This document shows positions 27,355 through 39,367 of a stretch of DNA of 64,000 nucleotides, one piece after another. The first letter of the stretch is position 1. Each line of letters begins with the position of its first letter. The notes below the pieces were generated by a model. That model made no database searches. It was given only the letters and a program-made list of their open reading frames with translations, and was not told where the DNA came from. Location of the stretch: contig NC_083279.1 in assembly GCF_963506605.1 (NCBI RefSeq), positions 101,184,001 to 101,248,000 of the forward strand, given 5' to 3'. This DNA is from Zootoca vivipara (lineage: Eukaryota). A program made the position numbers and the translations under genes.

Positions 27355-27823
27355 ATAAATGTGCTTAGCAGGTGCCAAAAAAGTACAGGGAAAGCACCTG
27401 CTTGCCTGATGTCAAGAGGCAGGGAGTTCCGAAGTTCAGACGCTGCCACACTAAATGACTGAGTTCTTACAAATGAGGAACAGCTTTCATGTAGCAGTTG
27501 ACTGGGTACAGAGATGGTAAGGCAAACTGGTCTCCCCTCCATAGAATTGTAGAGTTGGAGGGGTACCCGGGGTCATCTAGCCCAACCCCCTGCAATGCAG
27601 GAATCAAAACCTTGAACTTGGCCTGGCAGCAAATTGGCAGCCATTGCGGATTCCAGAGCACAGGTTTTATAGGCCGACAAGGCCTCACTGTGGCCAGCAA
27701 TCATGTTGCAGCATTCTGCCCCAATGTCTCCAGTTATGTTGCATTCATAGGGTTCCCTGATTGCTCCAATGTCTTTTTGCTCCCCACGTGGGCAAGGACG
27801 CCCTTCCGATGCCTGCAGTGCCT

Positions 27824-28777
27824 TCAGTACAAGCCTTTCCTCTTCCAAAACTTGCCGAACACTCTGTTGCGGATCTCCTTGGTCTTGACCCCGTAGATGA
27901 TGGGGTTGAGGGTAGCCGGCAGCAGCAGGTAGAGGTTAGCCAGGAGGACGCGGGCATGTGGAGCCACCTTGTGGCCAAAGCGGTGCGTCAGGATGGAGAA
28001 GAGTCCTGGGACGAAGGCAATCAATATGACGCAGATGTGGGAGCCGCAGGTGTTGAAGGCCTTGAGGCGAGCCTCCTTGGAGGGCAGGCGGAGGACGGCA
28101 CGGAGAATCATGCCATAAGAGAGGCCGATGAGCAGGACGTCGGTTATGCCCACGTGGAGGGCCACGCTCAGCCCGTACAGGCTGTTGACCGTGACGTCAG
28201 TGCAGGCCAGCTTCACTACAGCCATGTGCTGGCAATAGGTATGGGGCACCAGGTGGCTTCTGCAGAAAGGCAGCCGCCTTGCAAGGACCGGGAACGGGGT
28301 GATGAGAACAACTGCTCGGGCCACCACCACCACCCCAATCTTGAGGAGGACAGGCTTGGTCAAAATGGCCTCGTAGCGCAGCGGGGAGCATATGGCCACA
28401 TAGCGGTCAAAGGCCATGGCCACCAGGACGGTGGCCTCCATCACGGAGAAAGAGTGGGTGAAGAACATCTGAGCCAGACACCCACCAAAGCTGATCTCGC
28501 CGGCATTGAACAGGAAGGTCCAGAGCATCTTGGGCAGGGTTGCGGTCGAGACAGCCAGGTCGAGGGCAGCCAGCATGGAGAGGAAGATGTACATGGGCTT
28601 GTGGAGGCTGGGCTCCATCTTGATGACCACTAAGATCGTGCTGTTGCCCAAGATGGTGATGAGGTACATGGAAGAGAGCGGGATGGAGAGCCAGTGTTGA
28701 ACACTTTCCAGCCCTGGGATTCCCAGCAGGATGAACGAGGAGGGGTTGGCCTGGGAACTGCAGTTGCAAGCGCACAT
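27824..28777 (-). CDS. Class I olfactory receptor, OR52-like (317 aa, intact)
   Basis: LHKPMYIFL, MAFDRYVAIC, HTYCQHMAVVKLAC, KAFNTCGSH, NPIIYGVKTKEIR. Acceptor at 28824-28825. Confidence 0.95.
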   Translation of the reverse strand: MCACNCSSQANPSSFILLGIPGLESVQHWLSIPLSSMYLITILGNSTILVVIKMEPSLHKPMYIFLSMLAALDLAVSTATLPKMLWTFLFNAGEISFGGCLAQMFFTHSFSVMEATVLVAMAFDRYVAICSPLRYEAILTKPVLLKIGVVVVARAVVLITPFPVLARRLPFCRSHLVPHTYCQHMAVVKLACTDVTVNSLYGLSVALHVGITDVLLIGLSYGMILRAVLRLPSKEARLKAFNTCGSHICVILIAFVPGLFSILTHRFGHKVAPHARVLLANLYLLLPATLNPIIYGVKTKEIRNRVFGKFWKRKGLY

Positions 28778-29115
28778 GATGCTCTTGTTGGAGAGATCAG
28801 GTCATCATCACTGAGCATGCTTCCTGGAGGAGAAGGAAGGAGAGAGAACTTCTGTGAGGAACATTGTAGGAGCAGTGAAACTGCCTCCCACCAAGTCAAA
28901 GGATCCCAAGAGGAGCCTGCTGGATCAGAACAATGACCCATCTAGTCCAGCACCATCTTCTCACAGCGGACAGCCAGATGGTGAACTTGTCTAATCCTCA
29001 TTTAAAGCCATCCAAGTTGGGGGCCGCTACTGGTTTTTGCAGGCATGAGCTCCATCGTTTAACTCTGCTATGTGTGGAGAAGGACTTTCTCTTATCCGTC
29101 CGGACTTTCCCAGTA

Positions 29116-29303
29116 CAGTGGTACCTCGGTTTATGAACACAATTGGTTCCGGAAGTCTGTTCATAAACTGAAGCGTTCATAAACTGAAGCGAACTTTCCC
29201 ATTGAAAGTAATGGAAAGTGAATTAATCCGTTCCAGATGGGTCTACGGCGTTCGTAAACCAAAAATTCATAAACCGAGGGGTTCGTAAACCGAGGTTCCA
29301 CTG
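29116..29303. mobile_element. Tigger/pogo-like MITE
   Basis: TIR cagtggtacctcggttta / taaaccgaggttccactg with TA TSD. Confidence 0.85.
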
Positions 29304-30957
29304 TATTCTGCATCATTGGATGTTCACGAATTCTAGGGTGAGACCCTTTATTTCTCTAGGTCAGGATTATCTACCACACTGACCTGCCTTTGGCTCTCCA
29401 GGGCTTCAGAGATGGGTCTTTTCGTGATGATGCCAGAGATTGAACCCAGGACCTTTTGCAGCCACTGAGCTGTGACACTGGCCATCAGAACTTGCATGAG
29501 GAAACAGAACTGTGGAACTCAAAGCAACAATTTGAGCCTTAAAAGCTACACCAGCTTTTGTGCAGGAGGGAACAAAACTGCTTGGGGGGGGGGAAGGGCC
29601 TTAAGTTATAGAATTATAGAATTGTAGAGCTGTCTAAAATGAGCAGAAGAATCAGAAATCAGAAAGACCAACATTTTAATAAGGAATGGGGGAAATTCAT
29701 AACTTATCTTAAAAACCATTGTAAACAGTTAAAATCATTAGTAGGGTTGGAATATCACTTGTAGTTTAATGGTGAACTTTGGAGACAGTGGAGAGGTAAA
29801 AGATTTGGATTTTTGTAAAAGATGCAGGAGGAAATAAGATTAACAGTAGGACACACCAAGGGGAGGAGGGGAGTCCAGGAGATTCTCTGGAATCTTTTTT
29901 CTATGTTGTATGTTGGATATGTGACTGTAAAATTTTAATCTGAAAAACCAAATAAATAAATTCATATATAAAAAAGAAAAGCAGATGGGTGAGGAAGACA
30001 AGCAGGGTCCAGTGTCTGAGCCCCCCAACATGCTAAAGGAACATCAAAGGTGCTTGGCAGTGGAACACAGTCCCTTGGAAGGGGGTGGACTCTCCTTCCT
30101 TGGAGGTTTGTAAGCAGAGGTCGGGTGGGCATCTGCCATGGATGCTTTAGCTGGGATCCTTGCATTGCAGGGGGCAGGACTAGATGACCCTCGGGGTCCC
30201 TTCCAACCCTACAGTTCTGTGATTCATCCACCAAGGGTGCTGATTTTGCTGCAGGACATGCATCCATAAAACAGGAGCTTTATTTCTCCAGTTTTGAAAG
30301 GGTGAGTGCCAATGTTAGCTTCCCATCATACTCAAATTTAAATCAGTGTTGTTTCTAGGCTGCCACTAGCTCTTTTGCAAAGGGATCTCAGCAGAGAGCA
30401 GAAAGGCAAATCTGCACAATTAAAGTGGCTCAAAGCTCTTAGTTGCCTTAGTACAACAAATCCTTCATCTTTTAATGGCTTTTTATAAGGAAAGTGGCCA
30501 GGAAATGCCCTTAGAATGAATGAATGATTAACAGGAAGGCCCCGCAGGCTAATCAGGATGAATGTTCAGCAAACCAGCAGAGCAGGAGGAACGTTCAACA
30601 ATCAGGTTGTCTGGAGGAGACCTGGGAGTCAGCAAAGGCCATTTTGCTTGCAAATTGCCTGGTTTTGCTCAGTAGAGAGTATGGGCCGAGAACCTAAGAA
30701 GATCTTGCCAGGTCAGGCCTGTGGGGGGCCAATCTTGTCCAGGATCCTGCTCTCACATTGGCCAACCAGATGCTGAGTATGGGAAACCTGCAAGCAGGAT
30801 TCGAACACAAGAGCTCTCCCCCCTCCTGTGGTTTCCAGCATCTGGGCTCCAGAATCCAACTGTGGAAGCAGAGCAGAGCCATCCTGTCTAGTATCCATGG
30901 ATAGCCCTCTCCTCCTCCACGGACCTGTCTAATCCTCTTTTAAAGCCATCCAAATTA

Positions 30958-31194
30958 CCCCTGTTTCTCCGAAAATAAGCCGTAGCCATAAAATAAGCCG
31001 TAGCAGGATTTTTAAGCGTTCAAGGAATATAACCCATACCCCGAAAATAAGACATAGTGATAGGTGCAGCAGCAATGCCGGCCGTGGCAGGAGGAGGAGG
31101 GGGAAAAATAAGACATCCCCTGAAAATAAGCCATAGCGTGCTTTTTTGAGGAAAAATAAATATAAGACGGTGTCTTCTTTTCGGAGAAACATGG
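30958..31194. mobile_element. Tc1/mariner-superfamily MITE
   Basis: TIR ccctgtttctccgaaaa / ttttcggagaaacatgg with TA TSD. Confidence 0.8.
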
Positions 31195-31899
31195 TAGAGG
31201 CCATCATTGCCTCTTGTGGAAGGGTGTTCCATAGTTTAAGTACGTACTGCAGGAAGAAGGGCTTTCTATTATCTGGGGTTGTTTTTGTTTGTTTGTTTGA
31301 AATCTGCTCTCTCTTTTTAATATGCAGCCAGAATTGGTTTCTCCAAGACAAACACCCAGATAGGCTCTTGCTGTTATGACTGGGGCCACTGGTTGCTAAT
31401 CCTCACCCCCCCCTCTGGTTCCTTACCGCAGTTTCTGGCCGGATGTTCTGGATTCCACCTTCAGCCGAAGCCCCGCTCGGACAAGCCCTTGGCACCCCAA
31501 TGTCACAACTGTAGCAAACCTGAATTTGCCAGAACCTGAAGGAAAGCCGGGAGATATTTATGGGCTGCAGTGTGATCTTCAGGGATCATTAATTGGTTGG
31601 GAGCTTTCTGACCCCTCTATGGTGCCTCTCCAAGGGGAATGGATGGACTTGGAGAAGAAAGAGAAGTCTCTTCTGCCACTCATGGCAATGGGTGTAGCCA
31701 GGATTTATGTTGGGGGGGGGCAGAACACCCACCTGTCCCCATCCTCTATCAGGTTCTTTCTTGCTTTCCTTTGACCCAATATTCTCAGAAAAACCTGTCA
31801 ACATCTTTCTACAATTTCTACCTTTAGTTAAGTGTTTTTATTTACTTACTTGATTGGGGATGGGAGCAGCTGCTGCCCCTTGGCTATGCCCAAGGCCAT

Positions 31900-33215
31900 G
31901 CTTGTGGCTCTATTAAGAAAGTGCTCCAACCCCACAGAGGCTTCAACCTTGAGACCAAATTCCCTCTGCTCAAACTTCCCACACTTGCAGCGAGAGAGCT
32001 AAAAATTACTCTAAAGCCTTTCCTTTTAAGAGCTTTTCTCTCCCCCGCCCCTTACACCCTCAGCATGTAGAAGGACTCCAAGATGGAGCAGCTTTGCCCC
32101 CTGCTGTTTTCCTTGAAAAATAGGTGCTGGTACTCACTGTGAAGTTGCTACAGTAAGTGCCACACTTTTTGACAACCAGAAAAAGAGGTACCGATTCTGT
32201 GTGTCCTTGAATACCATTGAGTACCCCCTGGGAAAACATGCACCAGCTTTGCCTGATTCACTGTGTAGGTAAGGTAAAGGTAAAGGGACCCCTGACCATT
32301 AGGTCCAGTCGTGACCAACTCTGGGGTTGCGGCACTCATCTCGCATTATTGGCCGAAGGAGCCGGCGTACAGCTTCCAGGTCATGTGGCCAGCATGACAA
32401 AGCCGCTTCTGGTCAACCAGAGCATCACACGAATATGGCATTTACCTTCCCGCTGGAGCAGTACCTATTATCTACTTCCACTTTGAGGTGCTTTCAAACT
32501 GCTAGGTTGGCAGGAGCTGGGACTGAGCAACGGGAGCTCACCCTGTCATGGGGATTCGAACCGCCAACCTTCTGATCGGCAAGCCCTAGGCTCTGTGGTT
32601 TAACCCACAGCACTACCCATGTAAAGTAAGGTAAAAGGTAAAGGACCCCTGGACGGTTAAGTCCAGTCAAAAGTGACTATGGTGCTCGTCTCCGCTTTCA
32701 GGCCGAGGGAGAGGGTGTTTGTTCACAGATGGCTTTCAGGGTCATGTGGCCAGAATGACTAAACCGCTTCTGGTGTAACAGGACACCATGACAGAAACCA
32801 GAACGCATGGAAATGCCATTTACCTTCCCACCACGGTGGTACCTATTTGTCTACTCGTGCTTGTGTGGTTCTGAACTGCTAGGTTGACAGGAGCTGGGAC
32901 TGGGCAACGGGAGCTCAACCCATTGTGTGGACTAGAACTGTTGACCTTATGATTTGCAAGCCGAAGAGGGGACAGTTTCCTACACCTGCTGAAGCTTGGA
33001 AAGTGAACATTTGAGGGAAATGAGAGTTTCACACAACACCCACCTGACCCATAAGTGCTGCTGTGTGACTAAATGACCAGGAGTCCAGGCCTCGAAGGAA
33101 ACCCTCACCAAATACTGAGAAGGTCCACCACTGTCAGGCAACCCTCACCCAGTTGTGTGGAATGGAGCCCATCACCATTTCTCCTCTTCCTCTACCCATT
33201 GTGTCCACATGAGCT
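31900..33215. repeat. Segmental duplicate of 35620-37795
   Basis: Colinear unique sequence plus a shared hAT MITE (TSD gctttgcc) and a shared SINE. Confidence 0.8.
32268..32965 (-). mobile_element. Two tandem Sauria-type SINEs
   Basis: (AAGGTA)n tails on the plus strand and ggattcgaacc B-box reverse complement. Confidence 0.8.
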
Positions 33216-33867
33216 TCACTTCGCTGTGGGTGGGTGTCATTCAAGTACTTTTAGTAGCAAATCAGCCACAGCAACAAAAGAACCCAGGATAAAATGTTAG
33301 AACCATAGAATTGCAGAGTTGGAAGGGACCCAGAGGGTCATCTGGTCCAACTCCCTGCAAAACAGGAATATCAGCACCACGCTCTAACCAACTGAACTAT
33401 CCAGGCTGTTTAATCTTGTATTTATTTAGAAAAGGAAGAAGAGATACGATAACATTAAACATGGAGGGAAACAACCCAACAAAAATAGCATTCTAATTGG
33501 TACAACTCTGAGTCAGAGAGGGAAATGCTGTTTTTCTACAGTGCCTGGCACAATAATGATGAATCGATATTGGTCACCATGAGTGGAGTGACTGACTCTC
33601 TCTTGGAATTCCCTTGGGTGAATAGTCCCAGGGTCTTGCCTGAAGGATCATGAGGCCACCGCCTTGCTGGAGCAAAGCATGTCAGAGACTGGTTAGTGGA
33701 AATTGGAGTTCTTGGGAAAGTCCAGAAATAAACGATAAATTGAAAGAACTCAGGCCAAAAGAAGATGGATTTCAAAAAAACCTTCACAAGGTTTTATTGA
33801 TGTGATGCGGAGTTTAAATAGGAATCAATCCCAATGTTGAAGGCAAATAAAGATAAATTCCAGTAAA

Positions 33868-34022
33868 AATCAGGACAAGGCCCTGTTTCAACTATTCTTC
33901 GTCAGCAAAGATTCACAGGTCAAAGTGTACCAAGTATGTGTACCATACAAAGTGTACCAAGGCAAACATACTTGGTACACTTTGACCTGTGAATCTTTGC
34001 TGACGAAGAATAGTCGAAACAG
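33868..34022. repeat. 57-bp inverted repeat containing a hammerhead motif (probable Penelope-like remnant)
   Basis: Arms 33883-33939 and 33966-34022 match at 56/57. CTGACGA..GAAAC..GTC on the minus strand. Confidence 0.75.
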
Positions 34023-34146
34023 TGACTGGTCAGTGGCAGGATGGGAACATCATGAATTCCACATTGGGTTCCATGATGGGGGGGAAAGCAGGATACAAAC
34101 ATAGGAGAATATAATGAAGCGAACAATCCGTCAACTGACAAATCCT

Positions 34147-35092
34147 TCAGCATTTCCTGACCACTCTGAGGATCCTGCTGTAGACCTGCTTTGTTTTGAT
34201 GCTGTAGATGATGGGGTTCATCAAGGGTGGCAGGAGGATGTAGACATTGCCCATGATGACGTGGAGGAGGGCAGGTGCATGCTGTCCAAACCGGTGTACG
34301 ATGGAGAGCCCAAGCACCGGGATGTAGAAGACCAGAACGGCACAAATGTGGGAGACACAGGTGCTCAGGGCCTTGTGGTGGCCCTGGTTGTCAGAGGCCA
34401 TGCCCAGGACAGTCCTTAGGATCAGGCTGTAGGAGATGAGGATGAAGAGCAGGTCAGAACCCATGGTCAGGAGGATGAGGATGAGGGCATAGAAGCTGTT
34501 GAAGGTTGTATCGGCACATGCCACACGAATGGTGTCCTGGTGAAGGCAGTAGGAGTGGGAAAGGACAGCATTAGGGCAGTAGGGGAATGTCAAGAGGAAA
34601 GGCACAGGAGGCAGTAGGAACAAGGTGCTCCTTAGCAGGAGGACCAGCCCGATTCTGGCCACCCTACTGGAGTTCAGCAGTGCTGTGTACCTCAGAGGAG
34701 AGCAGATGGCCAGGAACCGGTCCAGGGCCATGGCAAAGAGCACAGCTGACTCCATGAAGGAGAAGGAGTGGATGATGAAGAGCTGAGCTACACAGGCTTC
34801 CTTGCTGATCCTCTTCAGCTGGAACCAGAGGACGCCCAGCACTGTGGGTGCCGTGGCGAGGCAGAGACCCAAGTCAATGGTGGCCAGCATGGCCAGGAAG
34901 TAGTACATGGGCTGGTGCAGGCTGGGCTCCGTCCATATGACATAGAGGATGGTGCCGTTTCCTAGGATGGCTGCCAGGTAGATGGAAAAGATGGGGATCC
35001 CAATCCAGCCATGGACCGCCTCCAGCCCAGGGAAGCCCCTCAAGGCAAGCACTGCAGTGCTCAGGTTGGCAAAAGTAGCCTGCCTGCCCCAT
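34147..35092 (-). pseudogene. Class I olfactory receptor, OR51-like; intact 7TM frame but ATG out of frame through a GCAG duplication
   Basis: LHQPMYYFL, MALDRFLAIC, SHSYCLHQD, KALSTCVSH, PPLMNPIIYSIKTKQ. No in-frame ATG before TM2 (in-frame TAG at 35110-35112). Confidence 0.8.
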
Positions 35093-35801
35093 GATGAACA
35101 CCCTGGCTGCTATCTCTCACTTCCAGCTTCTCTCACACAGAAATGGAGCATTGGGAGGAAATGACCAGTTGTCATCGTTGAGGATGGAAGGCAAGGAAGA
35201 ATCCCTGTAGCAATCTAAGCTGTGTCCTAAGCAGAAGGTGTCTGTCATTCAGGAGTGGAAAGTATTGGAACATAGGAAGCTCTAATGCACTGAGTTGGAC
35301 CATTGGTCCATGTAGCTCAGCGTTGGCTACACTGACTTGCAGCAGATCTCCAGGATTTTGAGATAGGGGGCATTCACATCTATACCTGGAAATGCTGGAG
35401 ACTTGAGACTTCCTGCTTGCAAAGGTGACACTCTAATACTGACACTTCTTCAAGAATAAAAGGATACCTTGCAGTGAAGGGGATGGAGAAATCCTGATCT
35501 CCTTGACCCAAGTCTCCCTGCTTAGAGTTTCAGGGGCTAGAAGAGGGGCCTGCGGGTGATATTTGCTGGGTCCAGGAAGCCTCTTCTCTTGGATGCTGCT
35601 AAGATGCTGTGGAAGAGCCTCCTGGTGGCTCTATTAATAAAGTGCTTCACCCCACAGAGGCTTCGCAATGACTGTGAGCACCAGAGTCCCTCTGCTCAAA
35701 CTTCCCACACTTGCAGTGAGATAGCTAAAAATTACTTTAAACTAGCCTTTCCTTTTAATAACTTTTCTCTCCCCCCATATACCCTCAGCATGTAGATGAA
35801 C

Positions 35802-36864
35802 ACTCTCCCTCTCTCTCTCTCCACACCCACCCACCCACAATTTTTACATTAATTTTCATGGTTACAGGTAGGTAGCCGTGTTGGTCTGGATCGAAGTAAA
35901 ATAAAAAAATTCCTTCAGTAGCACCTTAAAGACCAACTAAGTTTTTATTTTGGTATGAGCTTTCGTGTGCATGCACACTGTGTGCATGCACACGAAAGCT
36001 CATACCAAAATAAAAACTTAGTTGGTCTTTAAGGTGCTACTGAAGGAATTTTATTAATTTTCATAATAGCAAAAACATTAGCTTAAAAGACTAAAAATAA
36101 AACATTTTAAACAAATATATATACAATCAATATTGAATCCACAGAATGGGATTACTTGAATCCCCTGACTCCCCCGCCCCAGTTCCTTTATATTATTTTC
36201 ATTTGTGCATGTCAATAAAATCTTTATCTCTATTTACTTCTGATTTTGTACATGGTTTGTAGTATTACAAGTGTCTTTTAAAATCCTGCTAATGTATAAA
36301 CTTGTGTACATTGCTTTTGTAAATATGCAATAAACAATTCCCATTCTTTTTAAAATTTGATGTCATCTTGATTTCTAAGTTTCCTGATTAATTTAGCAAT
36401 TGCAGCATATTCATTAACTTAATTTGCCAGTCTTCTTTGGTGGGGGCTAGCAGTATCCGGGCTGCTGTTGTCGCAGAGATAAACAGATTCTTATGTTTTT
36501 TAGGTAGATCCATTCCTGTGCTGCTCTGGTTTGCCAGAAGCGGCTCTGTCATGCTGGCCACATGACCTGGAAGCTATACGCCGGCTCCCTCGGCCAATAA
36601 TGCGAGATGAGCGCGCAACCCCAGAGTCGGTCACGACTGGACCTAATGGTCAGGGGTCCCTTTACCTTTACCTATTCCTGTAATACCCAATAAAAAGGCT
36701 TCTGGTTTTTTTTAACAAAGGTTATTCTGAACATTTTTCTCAGTTCATTATATATCATTTCCAAGAATTTTTTAATAACCTTACATTGCCACCACATATG
36801 ATAAAAGATACCTTTTGTTTCTTTACATTTCCAACACTTATTTTCTCTTGTTTTATACAAGCAG
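35802..36864 (-). mobile_element. 5'-truncated L1 with nested Penelope-like and SINE fragments
   Basis: 10-bp TSD gtagatgaac and a CWKC..HMWWQC zinc knuckle. Confidence 0.8.
35863..36052. mobile_element. Penelope-like inverted pLTR forming a perfect palindrome
   Basis: 73-bp arms 35906-35978 and 35980-36052 with a 1-nt spacer. Starts with ggtagccgtgttggtc. Confidence 0.75.
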
Positions 36865-37104
36865 GTAGATGAACTCCAAGATGGAGTAGCTTTGCCCAGT
36901 GCTTTTTTCCTATAAAAATAGGTGCCGGAACTCACCATGAAGTTGCCACACTTTTTGACAACCAGAAAAAGGTGTGCCGGTACTGTGTGCCCTTGAGTAC
37001 CCATGAGTACCCCCTGGGCAAAAAACAAGCACTGGCTTTGCCTGATTCACTGTGTAGTCCCAGCTACAAAATGCCCCCAAACAAACAGATAGGGAAGGGA
37101 AGGG

Positions 37105-37445
37105 AAGGTAAAAGGTAAATGACCCCTGGACGGTTAAGTCCAGTCAAAGGTGACTATGGGATTGTGGCATTCATCTTGCTTCAAGCCGACGGAGAGGGTG
37201 TTTGTTCACAGATGGCTTTCTGGGTCATGTGGCCAGAATGAGTGAACCGCTTCTGGAGCAATGGGACACTGTGACGGAAACCAGAGTGCATGGAAATGCC
37301 ATTTACCTTCCCACACATTTATCTACTCGTGCTGGTGTGCTTCTGAACTGCTAGGTTGACAGGAGCTGGAACAGAGCAATGGGAGGTCATTCCGTCACAG
37401 GGATTTGAACTGCCGCCCTTCCAATTGGCAAGCCCAAAAGGCTTG
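37105..37445 (-). mobile_element. Sauria-type SINE
   Basis: Counterpart of the 32620-32965 copy inside the duplicated block. Confidence 0.75.
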
Positions 37446-37836
37446 CATCACTCTTGTACCAGAAACCTCCTATCCATAGGACAGTTTCCTGCAGCTGCTT
37501 AAGTTGGAAAGTGAGCATTTGGGGAGCTGAGAGATCCACACAACACCCGCCTGACCCATAAGCAACAGTGTGACTAAATGACCATATTAATAATAATTTG
37601 TTATTTATACCCTGCCCATATGGCTGGGTTTCCCCAGCCACTCTGAGCAGCTCCCAGGAGTGCAGGCCCTGAAAGAAACCCTCACCAAATCTTGAGAAGG
37701 TCCACCACTGTCAGGCAACCCTCACCCAGTTGTGTGGAATGAAGCCCATCACCATTTCTCCTCTTCCTCTACCCATGGTGTCCACATGAGCTTTTTTTAT
37801 TGTGTGGGGGGGGGCGTTGCATCTGGTCATAGAAAT

Positions 37837-38103
37837 TGAGTCGAGAGTGAATTTCATGCTCTTTATTCGGCTTGTTGTAGCAATATAGGAAGAAGAGTAC
37901 AATGGCTCTTTCCCCAAACGTCTGCTTATATACATTATTTACAGAATGGGCCTTGCGTGATTGGCTACTTCAGGGCTGCACCTGTAGGCCAATCAGGTTG
38001 CTGATTCACTTCCACCTGGAGCTGGATTGGGTGGCTCCTGCGGACCAATCAAACTGCTGCATTCTGGATCCTATTGCTCTAGGATTCAGCTCAGTACATA
38101 ACA
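37837..38103 (-). mobile_element. Solo LTR (Gypsy-like)
   Basis: TGTTATG...ACTCA termini with 5-bp TSD gaaat. Confidence 0.8.
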
Positions 38104-38108
38104 GAAAT

Positions 38109-38988
38109 GAATCATAGAATCAAAGAATCATAGAGTTGGAAGAGACCAGAAGGGCCACCCGGTCCAACCCCCTGCCAAGCAGGAAACACCATCAAAGCAT
38201 TCCTGACATATGGCTGTCAAGCCTCCGCTTAAAGACCTCCAAAGAAGGAGACTCCACCACACTCCTTGGCAGCAAATTCCACTGCCAAACAGCTCTTACT
38301 GTCAGCAAATTCTTCCTAATGTTTTGGTGGAATCTTCTTTCTTGTAGTTTGAATCCATTGCTCCGTGTCCGCTTCTCTGGAGCAGCAGAAAATAACCATT
38401 CTCCCTCCTCTATATGACATCCTTTTATATATTTGATCATGGCTATCATATCACCCCTTAACCTTCTCTTCTCCAGGCTAAACATACCCAGCTCCCTAAG
38501 CCGTTCCTCATAAGGCATCGTTTCCAGGCCTTGACCATTTTGGTTGTCCTCCTCTGGACACGTTTCAGCTTGTCAGTATCCTTCTTGAACTGTGGTGCCC
38601 AGAACTGGACACAGTACTCCAGGTGAGGTCTGACCAGAGCAGAATACAGTGGTACTATTACTTCCCTAGATCTAGATGCTATACTCCTATTGATGCAGCC
38701 CAGAATTGCATTGGCTTTTTTAGCTGCTGCATCACACTGCTGACTCATGTCAAGTTTGTGGTCTACCAAGACTCCTAGATCCTTTTCACATGTATTGCTC
38801 TCAAGCCAGGTGTCACCCATCCTGTATTTGTGCCTTTCATTCCCCCCCCCAAGTGTAGTACTTTACATTTCTCCTTGTTAAAATTTATCTTGTTTGCTTT
38901 GGCCGAGTTCTCTAATCTGTTAAGGTCATTCTGAAGTGTGATCCTGTCCTCTGGGGTATTAGCCACCCCTCCCAATTTGGTGTCATCC
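38109..38988 (-). mobile_element. CR1 LINE 3' fragment
   Basis: DDTKLGG through to the (ATTCTATG)n tail, frameshifted. Confidence 0.92.
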
Positions 38989-39231
38989 AAATTGTTCTTG
39001 GAATGACTACCTGTCTGTCACTCTGGTGTCAGGATGCCAGTGATTATCACCCAGACGGTGTTGCCAGCTGAGTACATGTGGTCTCAGCTGCAGGGATTAT
39101 AGCTGCCCCATCTCATGTCCCAAGCTCCTCCCCTGATAGCCATTTTCCTTCTGAGTAGAAGTGTAAATCCATCACAGGAATCATTTTATATTAATTTCTA
39201 AAAGTTTTCACGACAGAGGAACCTTCTTAAG

Positions 39232-39367
39232 CAGACATAGGCAACCTCGGCCCTCCAGATGTTTTGGGACTTCAACTCCCATCATTCCTGAGCACTGGTC
39301 CTGTTAGCTAGGGATCATGGGAGTTGTAGTCCCAAAACATCTGGAGGGCCAAAGTTGCCTATGCCTG
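39232..39367. mobile_element. URR1-like hAT-Charlie MITE
   Basis: Long internal palindrome with 8-bp TSD ttcttaag/ttctaaag. Confidence 0.8.

Larger units (their letters stand above)
35620..37795. repeat. Segmental duplicate of 31900-33215, with a later L1 insertion
   Basis: Homology resumes at 36865 after the TSD. Confidence 0.8.

Noticed and set aside
27761-28633. 290-aa antisense ORF over the OR (similar ORFs at 34114 and 43471)
   Set aside because: Shadow ORFs of GC3-rich coding sequence.
33995-34035. Plus-strand hammerhead in the right hairpin arm
   Set aside because: The core is present, but the element is truncated after GAAACAG and stem I cannot form.
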